63,899 nucleotides of DNA, taken from assembly GCA_001179505.1 (NCBI GenBank), contig CDMY01000510.1, positions 290,551-354,449 of the forward strand, given 5' to 3'. A program made the translations under genes and the position numbers. Source of the stretch: Vitrella brassicaformis CCMP3155 (lineage: Eukaryota > Protista > Chromerida). The notes below the pieces were generated by a model. It saw only the letters and a program-made list of their open reading frames with translations, searched no databases and had not been told where the DNA came from. The stretch's first letter is position 1. Each line of letters opens with the position of its first letter. Positions 25,012 to 38,200 of the stretch are shown here, piece after piece.

Positions 25012-25651
25012 CTACAGTGGGGGCAGCCTGGGCATCGACTGGCTCACACTGATGGTGTTGCCCTCATCTCGCTCCCTCCCTGGCCTCTCCGGGCTCAGAC
25101 TGCGGCTCACAGCAGCAGTGCCACCCACACGACGACCGCGGGCAACCGCACCCCGCCTTCAGATCGACCACACAAGGAAAGGACGTCACTAGGAGCTCCT
25201 GAGTTATTGGTCTACGTCTCTTCTCTCTATCGTCACCTTTGTCTTTTGATGACGGACAGCTGCATTTGCAGCACACCCCGCTGGCTGGACGTCAGCATGG
25301 CAGACCGGTTGCGGGGCGTGCCGTTGTTCTGATCCACACACAGATGACATACAGACAGACAGACAGACAGACAGGAATGTGTGTCGTTTTGTGGTAGGGC
25401 ATTGCATTGCTGGTTGAGTGGTGCGTACGTCAGTGTATGCAGCAAGTTTGGGGTAGAAGAGGGGTGTCCTGGAACCGAGGAGCCTCTCCTGCGCCTGTCG
25501 ATAGATTTGTAGGGCATCAGCGGTTGGACGAGGTCTTTTGTGTGTTTCTGTGCATATGTGTCATGAGACCTGTTGCTGTATGGGCTTCCATATGGAGCAC
25601 TCCACCTCATGCTGGCCTGTCAGAACACAAACGGACACCACACTGTGTGCG

Positions 25652-25682
<31 letters not shown>

Positions 25683-28520
25683 CAAGTAACTGAGTACCTG
25701 GCTCTAGCGGCACGTCTACATATCCATAGCCCTCAATGCCGCACTTGCCGAACCCATCCTTGCTGTACACCTGACCACACCCAGCACCAACCAATGTGTG
25801 CACACTTTGCCCGCAGAAATGCACTTACCAGGAAGAACAGACGAGGCGGCGGGGACAGCGGCGTCTCCTCTGCACCCAATCAATGAACACACACACACAC
25901 ACACACACATTACCAGAGCTCATATTGGTTCGTCTGTGCGCGGTTGTCGCTTTGACCTCGATCAGCGGATTTCTCCAGGGCAGCGAAGTGCATTTCGATG
26001 GGCTGATGGATGACAGGTGACAAAGGAGAGCAGCACAGGTGGGTTTATGGCTTGCTATCGATGAATAAGGTGCGTGTTGGCTCGCTGACGTGTCCGAATG
26101 TGTATATGGGGTATCCAGGCGGTGCGAAGCACTGCGCTGTCGTGCTGCGGTAGATGCTGAGCAAGAGAGAGCAGGGATACACCAATGGCTGCCAGACGTT
26201 CTCCCTCGATCTGTTTGTTACAAGAGTGGGTCTATGTCGTCAGGCGCAATGTCTTGGCTCTCGTCATCCGTCCCGCCTATCTCAGCACGCCAACCTGACC
26301 AACACGCAACACATTTATGTGCATGATTGAATGGCCTGCCCGCCTGCTGACCATCATTCGGCGGCAAGATGCCCTCGATCGCTACCGAATACGACCTGAT
26401 GACAACCAAGCCAGTGAAGCGATTTGTTTATGTGTGTATGCCTTCGTGTCGGTTCATCTCTGACCTACCTGCCGAAGAGTAGGCTCCACGGCGATGGTGT
26501 GCCAGGCGGCCCTCTGACGCGATACCACTCAGGCGGGAACTCTGCACTCATGGATGGATGGATGGATGGGCAGACAAAAGCCAGGCAGAGAGACACATAC
26601 ATGAGCCCTTTCTCACTCCCTCCCTCCCTCTCTCCCTCCCTCCCTCCATTGCTCTGTAGGTGTACCTGACATCTCGTCGTTGAGGTATGATGTCGGCCAG
26701 TCCGTCACCGTCACGGCGGTGCTGGCATCATCAAACGTGTGGGAGGATGCAGGGGAGGAGCCCCACAACGCCTCACTCTGACCGGTAAAGTCATACACAC
26801 ACACATACATGCTTCTACCAGTGTTGTGTTCACTCGGATACACACCTTGGTGGTCGCTTCCTGCTTCAACACACCTGCATTAACACACGGTGGGCATCCA
26901 CACACACATCCCTCGCCCCCGATTCTCTCACCGTCAGCATCGTATCTGAGCAGCTGCCCGAAAACAGACCACACGCACTGGATGCCCCGCGGCGCGCCCA
27001 CAGACAGTGACGGCGCGGAGCCAAAGGGCCCTAAGGTGGCCCCCTCACTGGACCAGAATGGCTCCATGTCCGCCGCCAACACCGATGGCGGGGCGGCAAT
27101 GCGCAGAGGGGCGAATCCTGGACCGGCGAGGTTCTCGTACAGCGCGAGAGCCCTGAGAAAGTGATCAGACGGGCCGAAAATGAGGCAGGCTAAGTGCGTT
27201 TGCGTGTCTTGTGTGTGTGTGTAGTGGGACGATTACTGTTCTTCGAGTCTCCGTCTGTTCTTCTGCGCGTCGATGAAGCCCTCGATGGTGATGGCGTCCC
27301 CGCCCTCGACGAACACTTCTATGCGGACCTCATACTGGTGGCCCTGACCCTGGACAGAGGGAAAGAACGACCATCCACTGGTCGCCCTTTTCATTGCTGT
27401 TGCCAATTGAACTGTTCACCCCAGGCAGGGAGAATGTGGCGGACTTGCCGCTCTCGGTCGATGGGAAGCGAGGCTGCAATACACAAACAGCACACAGCAT
27501 GGATGCCTCTGTTGCTGTTGGGGCTGGATGGCTGTCTGTGAGTCACCCACCGTGACTTCGAGCAGTGTCGTCCGTTTCTGTGTGGCCCCACCGAGGGCCG
27601 ACGGCGCCACGCCCCGGGGCGAGTCGCCCAGGCCTCCAGCCCCACCGGCCTCCAGCCTATGGGCCGCCAACTGACACAGCAGCACCTCATGCGCATCACC
27701 ACTGATGGAGTGGGGAAAGGGAGGAAAAGGCAGAACGACAGAATATGGGATGAATCTCTCTGTGTCTTGTGGATCTACTTGTCCTCCTTGATGCTGCCCA
27801 TGATGAGCATGGACTCCTTGTGGCCATCGCGGAGCCGGGACTTCTGCGGCTGGCTCCGGCTCCGCAAACCCACCTCCTCAAACGCTATATCCGGCACCCT
27901 GCACACACACGCACACACACACACAAATGCGGACTCACCAATCGTGCTCATCCAATGTGCGTGTGGCTGTGTCCTCACTTTGCCTTTGCCGATGTGGTGA
28001 TAGGTTGCAGCACGAAGGCAGCTAGTGCTCGCACGGCGCCTTCGTGTTGCCCGACGATGTCACGGTCGACGTACGTGAACAGCACCTGAATGAAACAAGG
28101 CACGCAGGCAGGACAGTGAGTGAGAAGAGAAGCGCATCTGATTGCCCGTGGTTTGCACCTTTCCTGCAGCCGCGTGCTGTTGGCTCGTGGTGGTGGCCGC
28201 ATATGCGCTCGAGGGAGCCCTGGACGAACAAAGGAAGAACACATCCAGACAACGAACGACAGCCGATCTCTGCATGAAACTCACGCCGGGCTGAGGACTT
28301 TCTCCTGCCACCGGAACTCCGCCACGTGCACCTCAGCAGCACCCTCATACTGCTCGCCTCCCGCTGCTTTCTCCCCTCCTGGTTGACCACCACCATTTGT
28401 CGGCGGGAGGGACGGGTGGCTGGCGGCGAGTGGCAGATCTCCTCCATCGGTCTTTCTCAGCAGTGTGGCACGGATCTTGAGCGCCTCAAGCGGCTCATCC
28501 AAGTGATAGAGGCCGCTCAT
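25012..28520 (-). CDS. MKS1: Meckel syndrome type 1 protein homolog (B9/C2 domain, ciliary transition zone)
   Basis: N-term MSGLYHLDEPLEALKIRATLLR, FRWQEKVLS, VLFTYVD, MLIMG; B9 domain STTAQC...FGHPIEMHF...PRLFFLVYSKDGFGKCGIEGYGYVDVPLEPGQHEVECSIWKP. The long N-terminal extension matches MKS1 rather than B9D1/B9D2. The last exon is chosen by frame (ends SQSMPRLPPL-TAG). Confidence 0.85.
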
Positions 28521-28565
28521 CCCGTCGGGCACACACAAATTTACTAATTTACTTGCGAGCCGCCG

Positions 28566-30250
28566 ATGTGTGGAGCTGATTTGGCGGATATGCGTGAGGA
28601 GGTTGCGGCTGACCCCGATGAGGCGCGGCGTCTCTGCACCTACCGGCCGCCAGCAGCTCCTGGCGTGACGGCCGGCCCGCCACAGCTGGGCGGTGGGCGG
28701 TCGGGGATCGAAGTGCTGCAGCTGGCATTCGAGAAGCACAAAGAGCAGACCGATAAGGTACAAGATCTGACGGATAAGCACATGGACTCGATTTGACGCA
28801 CTCTCTGGGGTTTGTGTGTCCAGGAGGTGCGCAGCATGAAGGAGCGCTACGACAAGGAGATGAATAGCATGAGGGCGCTGCTCGAGCAGCAACAGGAGGT
28901 GCGCAGATCAGACGACCACAATCTGGGCGTTGCGCACGGGTGGATATCTGTGTATGGCCACGCACGCAGGAGATGCGCAGCATGAGGGAGCGCCACGCCA
29001 AGATGGCGCAGGTCACGCGGCAGGTGAATTGATGACCCATCCGCAGGCCAAGACGCTGCAGGCGTTGCATGTGCGTATGTATGTGTGCGCAGGAGTCTGC
29101 AGAGAGGGAGGCTCGCCTCCGTTCTTGGCTGGAGCGTGAGGTCGCTGCCCGCCAGGCACTCGCGCAAGAAGTGCAGGTGAGAAAGGGGCAAGGCGACCGA
29201 AGGCCAAAAGGCGTATGCTTCTGGTTGCGTTGCGTTGTGTGTGTCAGGAGCAGCGCGAGTATTTGGTTGAGGAGGTGTCAATTGACGTGCGCACAGAGTT
29301 CAGCGACCAGATCAAGGACATGAAGCAGCAGATGAGCCAGAAAATAGAGTCGTTCAGCGCCAAAATCGACAGCTCACCTTCGGTAAGCTGAAGCTGGACA
29401 CAAATCTCATGTGTTCAGGCACTCACTGACGTGTGCTGTGCCATGCCTGCCTCTTGCATGCAGCATGCGGGTGTGGAGCTCATGGCGGCCTCTCACTACA
29501 TCTGCACAGCCGGTCAGCAGGTTAGGAACAGACAGACTGACAGACGAAAATCCTTGCCTTTACGGCGTATGTGTTTGTGTGCGCAGTTTGTGCGTAGTCC
29601 TCGCTCTTTGGCAGCTATCGCGCGCTGCGTGACTGGCTGCGTCGCTATACGTACATCAACACGATGAAGCTACTCTACAAGTGACGCATCACGCACACAG
29701 ACACCTGTGCAGCTGATATGCCTTTCATGCATTTAGGTCATCCCGTGATGGTTTCAAGTATGCCACCTTCTTCGACAAGACGCTCGGCGCTCGTCGGTCC
29801 CTCTTCCTCATCCGAGACGGCCCCGCCCACCTCTTCGGACTCACCGTCGACGGCCCCCTCACACCGCCCCTCAACCCCACACGGTCCAAGCACACCCCCT
29901 GCGCCATATCCTTGTACAGCATCAGCGGGGCGTATGACGCGCCCACCAAGATACCCCTGCCAGTAGAGGGGCAGAAGGTGGCGGTCGCTGGGCGGGAGGG
30001 GGCGTTGACGGGCAGCGATGGGCAGCCACACGGCAAGGTGTGCATCACCGGCCGGAATGAAGCAGCTCTCTGGCTGGGTTATGCTGACCCTGGCCCTGCT
30101 GCCGACCTCAGGACGTGCCACATGTGGGTAAACAAGGCCCACTTGCCGGCCGGATATCGAGGGGCGCTGGTGGGAACGAAAAACAACGGCACACTGGCGA
30201 CAGACAAGAACTTCACAGCGACGGAAATCGAAGTGTGGGCACTGACGTGA
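28566..30250 (+). CDS. Coiled-coil + C-terminal TLDc domain protein (paralog of the 4455-6538 TLDc domain)
   Basis: Phase-0 coiled-coil exons (28824, 28970, 29092, 29248), then YRALRDWL...MKLLYK|SSRDGF...LFLIRDG...YSISGAYDAPTKIPLP...ATDKNFTATEIEVWALT-TGA at 30248-30250. Confidence 0.85.
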
Positions 30251-30668
30251 AGGAAACAGACAAGGTGAGACGCCGACGAAGCAGCACGACACATCCGTTT
30301 GTCCACCCTTATTGTCGTGTCGTGTCGTGTCCGCGCTGGTTGCCCGTTTCTGTCAGATAGCAGCATCGGTGTGGAGTGTGTGTTGCCGGCTGGGTAGCCA
30401 TCGAAGCGACACTGGATGTCGCGCACTCGTTGCCATACCAAACGACAGACAGAGAGACAGACAGACAGACAGACCCATCTACGTGTGCGCATCCGTGCGT
30501 TGATGAACGAGTGCACATCCATCCATATGTGTGTCTCCAAGGTTCATCGATCGCAGCAAGGCTCTGTCAACACGCACGCATGAAGAGTACCGACCCAGCC
30601 ACGGCACGCAAACAGACTGACACAATTCTGCCTGCCCGATGCCACCCATCCCTCAATTGCATGACCGA

Positions 30669-33600
30669 TCAGCCTGCCGGCGTCCCCTTGGCGTCGAGTA
30701 TGAGCTTCAGGTGCCGCTGCAGAGACCGCACACCGTCACCTGCACACACGCACAGACACATGGACATGCGCACAACGGGGCGTATGCACGTCCGCCATCT
30801 CACCGGTGGCATCTTTGCGCTGGGCATGTTGCTCAGTCAACACGCGAGACAACGACTGAACACGGACACAACGGCAGATGAGCGAATGGCCATGTGTACA
30901 TGGATCGATACCTCGAGTACGTCGTAGCATGCAGTACACCGCGCGAGGCGCTCCTCGTGCGAGATGTCCACCGGGCACTCTGAACGCATGAAAGAATGAA
31001 TGCAGCCAGATAACCAACCAGTGTGGCAAAACACACATACAAGCAGGCTTATCCATCCATGGCCACCCACTCCCTCACTTGTGTGCGTGTGTGCGGTTGC
31101 GATGTTTTCCCTGATGGTGCCGCCGTGCAGGTCCAGCAGACGGCCCACGTGGCGCAACACAAACGACAATATCGCCTGCACACAAACATGCCAACCACAC
31201 CATCCATCCCAGCCACTGTGGGTGTGTCTCACTGACGTCGAATCTGGGGCCCTCTTTGACCAGCACGTCCAACAAGATCTGAAGCAGCCGACTCGCCACA
31301 TCTGCGACAGCCACGAGAGGAGCATGTCCAATGACAGAGGGTCGTTTCCCTCTCTCTGCTGACCGAGGTTGATGAGCGGCACCGAGTTGGCCTTTTCGAT
31401 AGCGGTAAAGTAATCGACCACCGTCCCCACATCGGCTGGGCACCGGCGCAGCTCCTCGATCGCAGCCACAAAGTCCTCTGATACATCGAACACACAATGG
31501 ACGGCATGAAGGCCCGTGGGCTTTCTCTCTCTGTAAGTGGTGTGTGTACGTCTTTCGACGAGGCTTCTGAGGCTGCGGATCAGCCGCACCCGGCGGTTCA
31601 TCGCCTCCATCACCACTGCATGGCGATCCATTATCTGACACACACACAGACAGACACACTTCAACGGTCGTCCAGATGTCTCACAGCCGACTGACCTTAT
31701 CGATGGAGTCAGGCGGCAGCGTTGCGGCCTCGTCAGCGTCCCTCTCCCCCTCGCCCCTCGTGCGTCTATCTACACCTCCCAGCCCCATCCCCGCCCCCAC
31801 GCCGCCCTCCCAAGGCGGCAGCCACCCCTCACGCATACCCATACCCACACCCACACCCATACCCATACCTGTACCCATCGCACGCAACCCGCCCATCATC
31901 CGCACCTTCGCCCCATCCTTCGCCCCACCCCCGCCCATCATGCCGTCCCTCTGCTGCTTCCGCCGCACCCGAGCCAGGGGGTTGGATGACGCCACGCCCG
32001 AGAGGGGCGTCAGCAGCGGCACCTGTGTGAACGGCAGGCGGTCTGTCGACTCACTGGGGGCGTCGCGACCAGACCGGGATGAAGAGGGCTCCTCCGTCGC
32101 CTCTGTCTCGGCCCGTGTGCTGGTGATGGGCGTGGGGATCCCCCGCTCCCGTCGCTTTTGGCTGGCCGGCAACGCCGCTGCTGCACCGCTGTCTTTGGGC
32201 TCTTCTGGTTGTTGGCGCAGAAGGTCCCTGCCTGTGGTCTTTGCTTCTGACTCGATTTGGCTCTTGCCCGACACGACGCGCAGCTGGAAGTCCTTGAGCA
32301 TGGTCTGCACCCGCGTCATGGTGGGGTCCTCATCCTCGCCCTCCGACCCCATCGACGGGCGGCTGCCTTTCTTCTCTGTCTCTGTGGCTCCGGCGCCCCC
32401 GCTCTCCTCTGCATCGTTCTCGTCGATGGGGTCCTCTCTGACATCCGTCGCATAAGGGGGCACCACAGTAGGCGAGAATCCACTGCCATTGGGGCTGGAG
32501 GTGCACAGCACATGCCGCCTCGCGCCAGGTGCGTATCTGAGTGCGCCCTTGGAGGGCAGCGGGTCTTGGTCTCGTTGTGTGTGTGAGAGGAGGGCGGCCA
32601 GATGCGGGTTGGACGAGTTGAGGTCGAGGTCGAATGCGATGCCGCCTTTGGTGGCGCTGGTCGTCTGACTCAGAGGGGCGGGGTGGTACTGCTTGTGGGT
32701 GGTGGTCGAGTGCGGCAAACGCGGAGAGTCTGACAGGTACCAACACACAATGAGACATGGTCACAGACAGCCCCAGCCAGCCCATGTTCGCTTACCCCCC
32801 GGCATAGCGGTTGCCTTGACAGGGCTGAGTGCCGGTCCCTCCCTCGGCTGCTCGCTGCGGCTGGTCAGAGGGAGGCTATCGTCGCTATTGTCGGGCGGGT
32901 GCATCGACGGCCGCCGTGGCAGGTACAGCAGCTTGGGGCGGAAGGGCAGGGCGAATGATGGTGGCGGGGCCTTGTCGTCCTCTCGACGCATCCCCTGCGG
33001 CCGACTGACGGGGAGGCCATCGCTGCCACCTGCGCAGAGTGAGGACACACAGCAATGAATGGTATTGGTGGCCCTTGTCTCTTCCTTCACCCGTCCGTCT
33101 ACCTGTGCGCGCAGCTGCAGAGCCCTGCCACTCCCTCTCCCTCTCCCTCCTGCTGCTGCGATGCTGCTGGTCAGAGACATCCCTGCTGACGCAGCTGATG
33201 GCGGCTCCTGATGCGGCCTTTGGTGGGCTCATCGCTGGCTTCTGTGGCTGCCTGAGCGAGTAGGAGGGCGAGATGGAGCTCTCGCGGCTACTGCTGGGGG
33301 CACTGCTGTTGACCAAGATGTCCCATAGCTCTGCAATGCACACAGGAGGGAAAGAGACTTTTGTCGATCGTTCGGCAGGTCCCTACCTGTTTTGCGTCCG
33401 TCTGCGGTGAGTGCTGCGAGTCTGTAAGTGTGGCTGTCGTGTGTGTCATGTGGCATGAGTGGCACGAATGAGAGTGTCAGCAGTTTGCGCCAGTTGGTCA
33501 CCACTTGGTCCGACCACAGCAGACCACACTTGAGGTCACTCGCGTCCAACAACTGATGCACATACGACACACACAGACGCATACATGACATGGATGGATC

Positions 33601-35238
33601 CTTTTCTTGGTCGGGNNNNNNNNNNNNNNNNNNNNNNNNNNNNNNNNNNNNNNNNNNNNNNNNNNNNNNNNNNNNNNNNNNNNNNNNNNNNNNNNNNNNN
33701 NNNNNNNNNNNNNNNNNNNNNNNNNNNNNNNNNNNNNNNNNNNNNNNNNNNNNNNNNNNNNNNNNNNNNNNNNNNNNNNNNNNNNNNNNNNNNNNNNNNN
33801 NNNNNNNNNNNNNNNNNNNNNNNNNNNNNNNNNNNNNNNNNNNNNNNNNNNNNNNNNNNNNNNNNNNNNNNNNNNNNNNNNNNNNNNNNNNNNNNNNNNN
33901 NNNNNNNNNNNNNNNCGGGGGGGGGGGTGGTAGTTCATCCACTGACTTTGATGCGATTGCTCTGACCGACAAGGATGAAGTTGCCGTCGCCCAGGAACTC
34001 AAGAGCCCTGATCTCGGACTGAGTGAAGTCCGACCTGCACACACACATGGATGGATGGATGTCTACAAGGCATGGATGTGCGTGACTTCCCTCACTCGGC
34101 GAGGCTGGTGTGGGTGTGGGATCTCTCAGCGGTAGTGGTGTTTGAGTTGAAGTTGAACAGCTTGACGAGCCTGTCCTGGCCCGCCGATGCGATCATGCGG
34201 AACTCGTCGTGGATGGCCACACACTTGACCGCTTGGCTGTGCGCCACGAACAGCTGCTCCTCGCGACCCTCACGCACATCCCACCACTGCAGTGCACACA
34301 CAATAGATATGAGATGGGGGCTCATGTGTGTGTATGTGTATGGGTCAACCCCTGTGTGTGTGTGTGTCTGACCGAGCAGTATCCGTCCTGGAATCCGGCT
34401 ACGAGCTGGTTGGTCCTGTTGAGGCGCACGTGCTGCACGGGGGAGGTGCTGCCGGTGCGACGCAATGTGCGGACCAACGTCCGCTTATCCAAATCCCACA
34501 CCTGTACAATCAATGATATACACACATGCAGCTGGATGGATGGATGGATGGACAGAGGCAGATGCTGAATGACCTTGACGGTGCCGTCCATGCCCCCCGA
34601 CACGACGTAGGGCAGGTCGCTGTTTGGCTGTGCGGCGATGCACGTGACGGCCGCCTTGTGGCTGCACGAACCCCTGTCGTTAGAAGATATCATGCTCGAA
34701 CAATTGTCTGACACACATACACATCATGACACACATCCGGGGAAGGAAGCGAATACAATGAATGGTATGGTGTGTATTGCGTTGCGTACGGCTGATGTCG
34801 TATACGCGGACGCCGCCGGTTTCCAGCCCCACAAACAGAATGTTGCCAGTGTGGTGGAAGGCCAAACCCGTCACGCCGCCCTTGCTCGTCCCATACTCCT
34901 GCAAAGACAGAGAATGCAGCCAACGAACGTGTCGGGAAAGCTCTCTCTCTCTGACCCTCCATTTTGTTTGTGTGGTGAGGTCCCAGATGTCGATATCGCC
35001 GCGTTCAGAGCCGAGCGCCGCTAGGGTGCCCTGCAGGTTCAAACACCCCACCGGCCGGGCCACATCCACCGACACACGAAACTCACCTGTATATATAGCA
35101 ACGGACAAAGAGAGCCACAAATGCAGTGTGCCATGCAGTGAGTGAGTTTGCCGTTGTGTGCGCCTTACAGCCCTTGGACACGTGCAGATACAGCGACGGG
35201 CAGGCCATCCGCTCAGACGCGTCGTTTACATCGCTCAT
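30669..35238 (-). CDS. KATNB1: Katanin p80 WD40-containing subunit B1 homolog (WD40 repeats, low-complexity linker, con80 C-terminal domain); interrupted by an assembly gap
   Basis: WD40 exons 34090-35090 (GDIDIWDL, VSGGMDGTVKVWDL, FVAHSQAVKCVAIH...IASAGQDRLVKLF); C-terminus IMDRHAVVMEAMNRR...VGTVVDYF...PVDISHEERLARCTACYDVL matches the p80 DISREERLHKC motif. Confidence 0.85.
33616..33915. other. Assembly gap (300 N) inside the katanin p80 gene
   Basis: Run of n from 33616 to 33915, flanked by a poly-G/poly-Pro tract. Confidence 1.
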
Positions 35239-35289
35239 GAGCTCGCCAAATGTGTGACCTCGTTGATTAGGCCAGATCTGCCGCGAGTG

Positions 35290-38200
35290 ATGCCGTCCAA
35301 CACCCGTAGGCGGCACACGGGTGCCGAGGACGAGGCCCGTCTTTTGCTAATGGCGTGGGCTGCCTGGCGTGACGTCATCACCGACACGAGGCGAAGGAGG
35401 CGTCTGATGCAGGCGGCAGACACGCGATACTTCTTCAGGAACGTGTCGGGGCCCTTCAGGGCGTGGGTGCACCTCTACCAAAGACAACAGATGCAGAGGT
35501 ACAGGACGCAGATCACATCTGCGCCCTTTCTCACTCAGATACTCATTGTCTGTGTCTGTGTCTGTGTCTGTGTGAGTGTATATGTGTGTCAGTGTGCAGG
35601 CGGGCCAGCTGTGTGAGCGTCGCGAGAGGGTGCTGGTGCATCGCACCTACCTGCAGCTCAAGAGCTATGCAGACGCCAGACGCAGGAAAAGGGCTTTCGG
35701 TGAGCTACACACAGGCAGCCACAAGACAATCGATGGGCCAATGTATGTGGGTTACGTGTGTGTGTTAAGTTGAGCGGCTGCAGTCGTTGCGTCGTCGGAA
35801 GCTGCTGAGTGAAGGGCTGAGGACCGCCGTCAGGTATCACACACACAGACACCACTGTAGATCTACACACACACGCGTGTGTGTGTGTGTGTGTGCAGTT
35901 GGTCGCGGCATCGCCGTGCGATGAAACAGCGGACAGTCATCGCCATCAGCCAGCGCAGCAGACAGCTACTCAAGGTACACAGACAGTACTACAGGCGACT
36001 CACACTCGTACACACAAAAGGGGCAACCAACAAACACTCGTGGAGTGGCCGTGTACATCAATCACGTCAGACCGCGATGTTGGGTTGGTGTCTGTGGCTT
36101 GCGCGTCGGCACGAGAGGACAAGACTCACACACATGGCGCAGCCAAGAATAATGGTCAGAAGTAGCACGCACAGACAACTGGATAGATCTGCAAACGAGT
36201 GTCTATATCTGTGTGTGTGTATGTCAGCTCGTTCGTGGCTTCAAGACCCTGCAGTGCCGCACCCGACGGCGCAGCGAGTGCAGACACATGATGCGGGTGG
36301 CTGCCCTTGCCCATGTGCACATCCTCCTCGCCAGCGCCCTCAAGCGATTCAAGGTCAGATCAGATCTATTGTCCGACACATACATAGAGATGGTTCTCTG
36401 TGTCGTCCATATCTACCTCCGATTGACTGATGCAGTTGCTGCGCCCGCGCCGCCTCCGCGGCCAGCGATACCTCAACGCCGCATCCAACCAACGCGCGTA
36501 CGCCCACAGACACATACACAAATAAACAAGACACCCACACCGACCCAGACCCAGTCTCCTCTGTCTTTCTTGTAGGTGTCTGCTGCAGCACCGATTTCTG
36601 CGCCGTCTGCATCGCCGTCTATCGGCCAATGGCATGCTGCAGACGGCCGACATCGAGAGGAGGCGGCTGGCCCTGCGGACCGTCATGATGCGGCTGCACC
36701 GACGTGCTTGTCGGACAGCCCTGTTGCGTCAGTTTCCTCTGCGTCGGTACTGGGAGAGATGGAGAGGGGCACTGCTGGTGAGTGAGGGGGAATGGGATGG
36801 GTGGATGTGGTTGTGTGTACTCAGTGGTGCTTTCTTTGTAATGGTGTGTTGAGTGCAGGCGTATCGCACCTATGAGGATGAGAGGGTGTCTGCTGCGGCA
36901 AGGTGCCTGCAGCTGTCGGTCGCTATGAGGAGATGGGAGCACAGGTATGCTATGCAGGTCGGAATCTGGGCCGTAACGGCCAGCCTTCCTTGAGCGTGCG
37001 GCATCACGTCACCTCACTTCCCTGTGTCCCTCCCTGTGTCTGTCTGTCAGGGTGTATGAGGCGCGTGACCAGCGGGACCGCCTCACCCAGGCGTTCACCG
37101 TACTCATACACCGCACTGCGAGAGGTGCAATGCGTAGGGAGGGATATCCATCTCAGCAGCGCAACGTACATAGCCTCTCTGTGGTGTTTGTTTCCCCAGG
37201 TCTGCTCCGTCGAGCCTTCACGGCTCTGTGTTGGTGGCGGTCACTGATGGTGCGGTATGCCGCACTTGGTGGCGAGCGGCGGCATCGTGAGCTGTCGTCA
37301 TCGTTCCGCGCGTGGGCGGTGCACTTGGGGATGCGGCTGCACTACAGACAGATCACTGTCGCCATACTGCACAGACGGGCCACCGCACTCAGGTCAGCCA
37401 GTCTGTCACTACGCGAGCGCCTGTCTGTCTGTCTGTCTGTCCGCACCTTGTGTGTGTGGGGGTACGCATGTGTGTGTGTTTTGTGTTTTCAGGATGTCTG
37501 CGCTCTCGTCGTGGCGGGCGTATGTGTTGCTGTGCCGCCGTGCACATGCCGGGATGATGCTGAGGCGAAGACACGCACTCCTCAGAGGCATGCGCAAACT
37601 CATGACGTACGTGGGATGCGCTAGTGAGAGAGAGAGGGGCGTGGCGTATTCATCACGTCCATCCATCGCTGCACATGGCTCCCGATGCTGTCTGTCTGTC
37701 TGCACCGGCTGCAGCCATGCGCAAGAGCGCACACTGAGAAGACACCAACGGTGAGCCGTTGGAGTGCAGGAGGGAGGATCGCCTTTGTTATCATGTGTGT
37801 GTGTATGTGTGTGTATGCTTGATTCGGTGTCTGTCAGGGTGATGAGTGTGGAGCATTATCTATTGCGGCTCCAGCGGGCGGCCTTCGCCGCACTCACCGC
37901 TGCCGTCGAGTCACGCAACCAAGTATTCGACAGGAGAAAGTCAGTGAGCGCACAACACAACTATCCCCCCATCGATTTATATGCCCACTCACCCCACACG
38001 GATCCATCCATCCATCCATCCAGACAGACAGACAGATCAATCAGACACAGAGAGATATACCATACCCATGTGTGTGTATCTGTCTGTATCTCTGTGTCTG
38101 CGTAATCAGGGCGTCCATCCACCACGCAGCACAGCGGCTGATGCGCACTGCTGTCAAGGTGCCTCACACAAACACATGACTGACACCCACACACCACATA

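Noticed and set aside
25565-25570. Apparent in-frame TGA in MKS1 (WKPIQQQVS*HICT)
   Set aside because: A 75-nt phase-0 intron (gtctca…cgacag) removes it and restores B9-domain spacing (WKPIQQQAQERLLG).
33229-34135. Long ORFs spanning 33.2-34.1 kb in the ORF track
   Set aside because: Artifacts of translating the 300-N gap as X.
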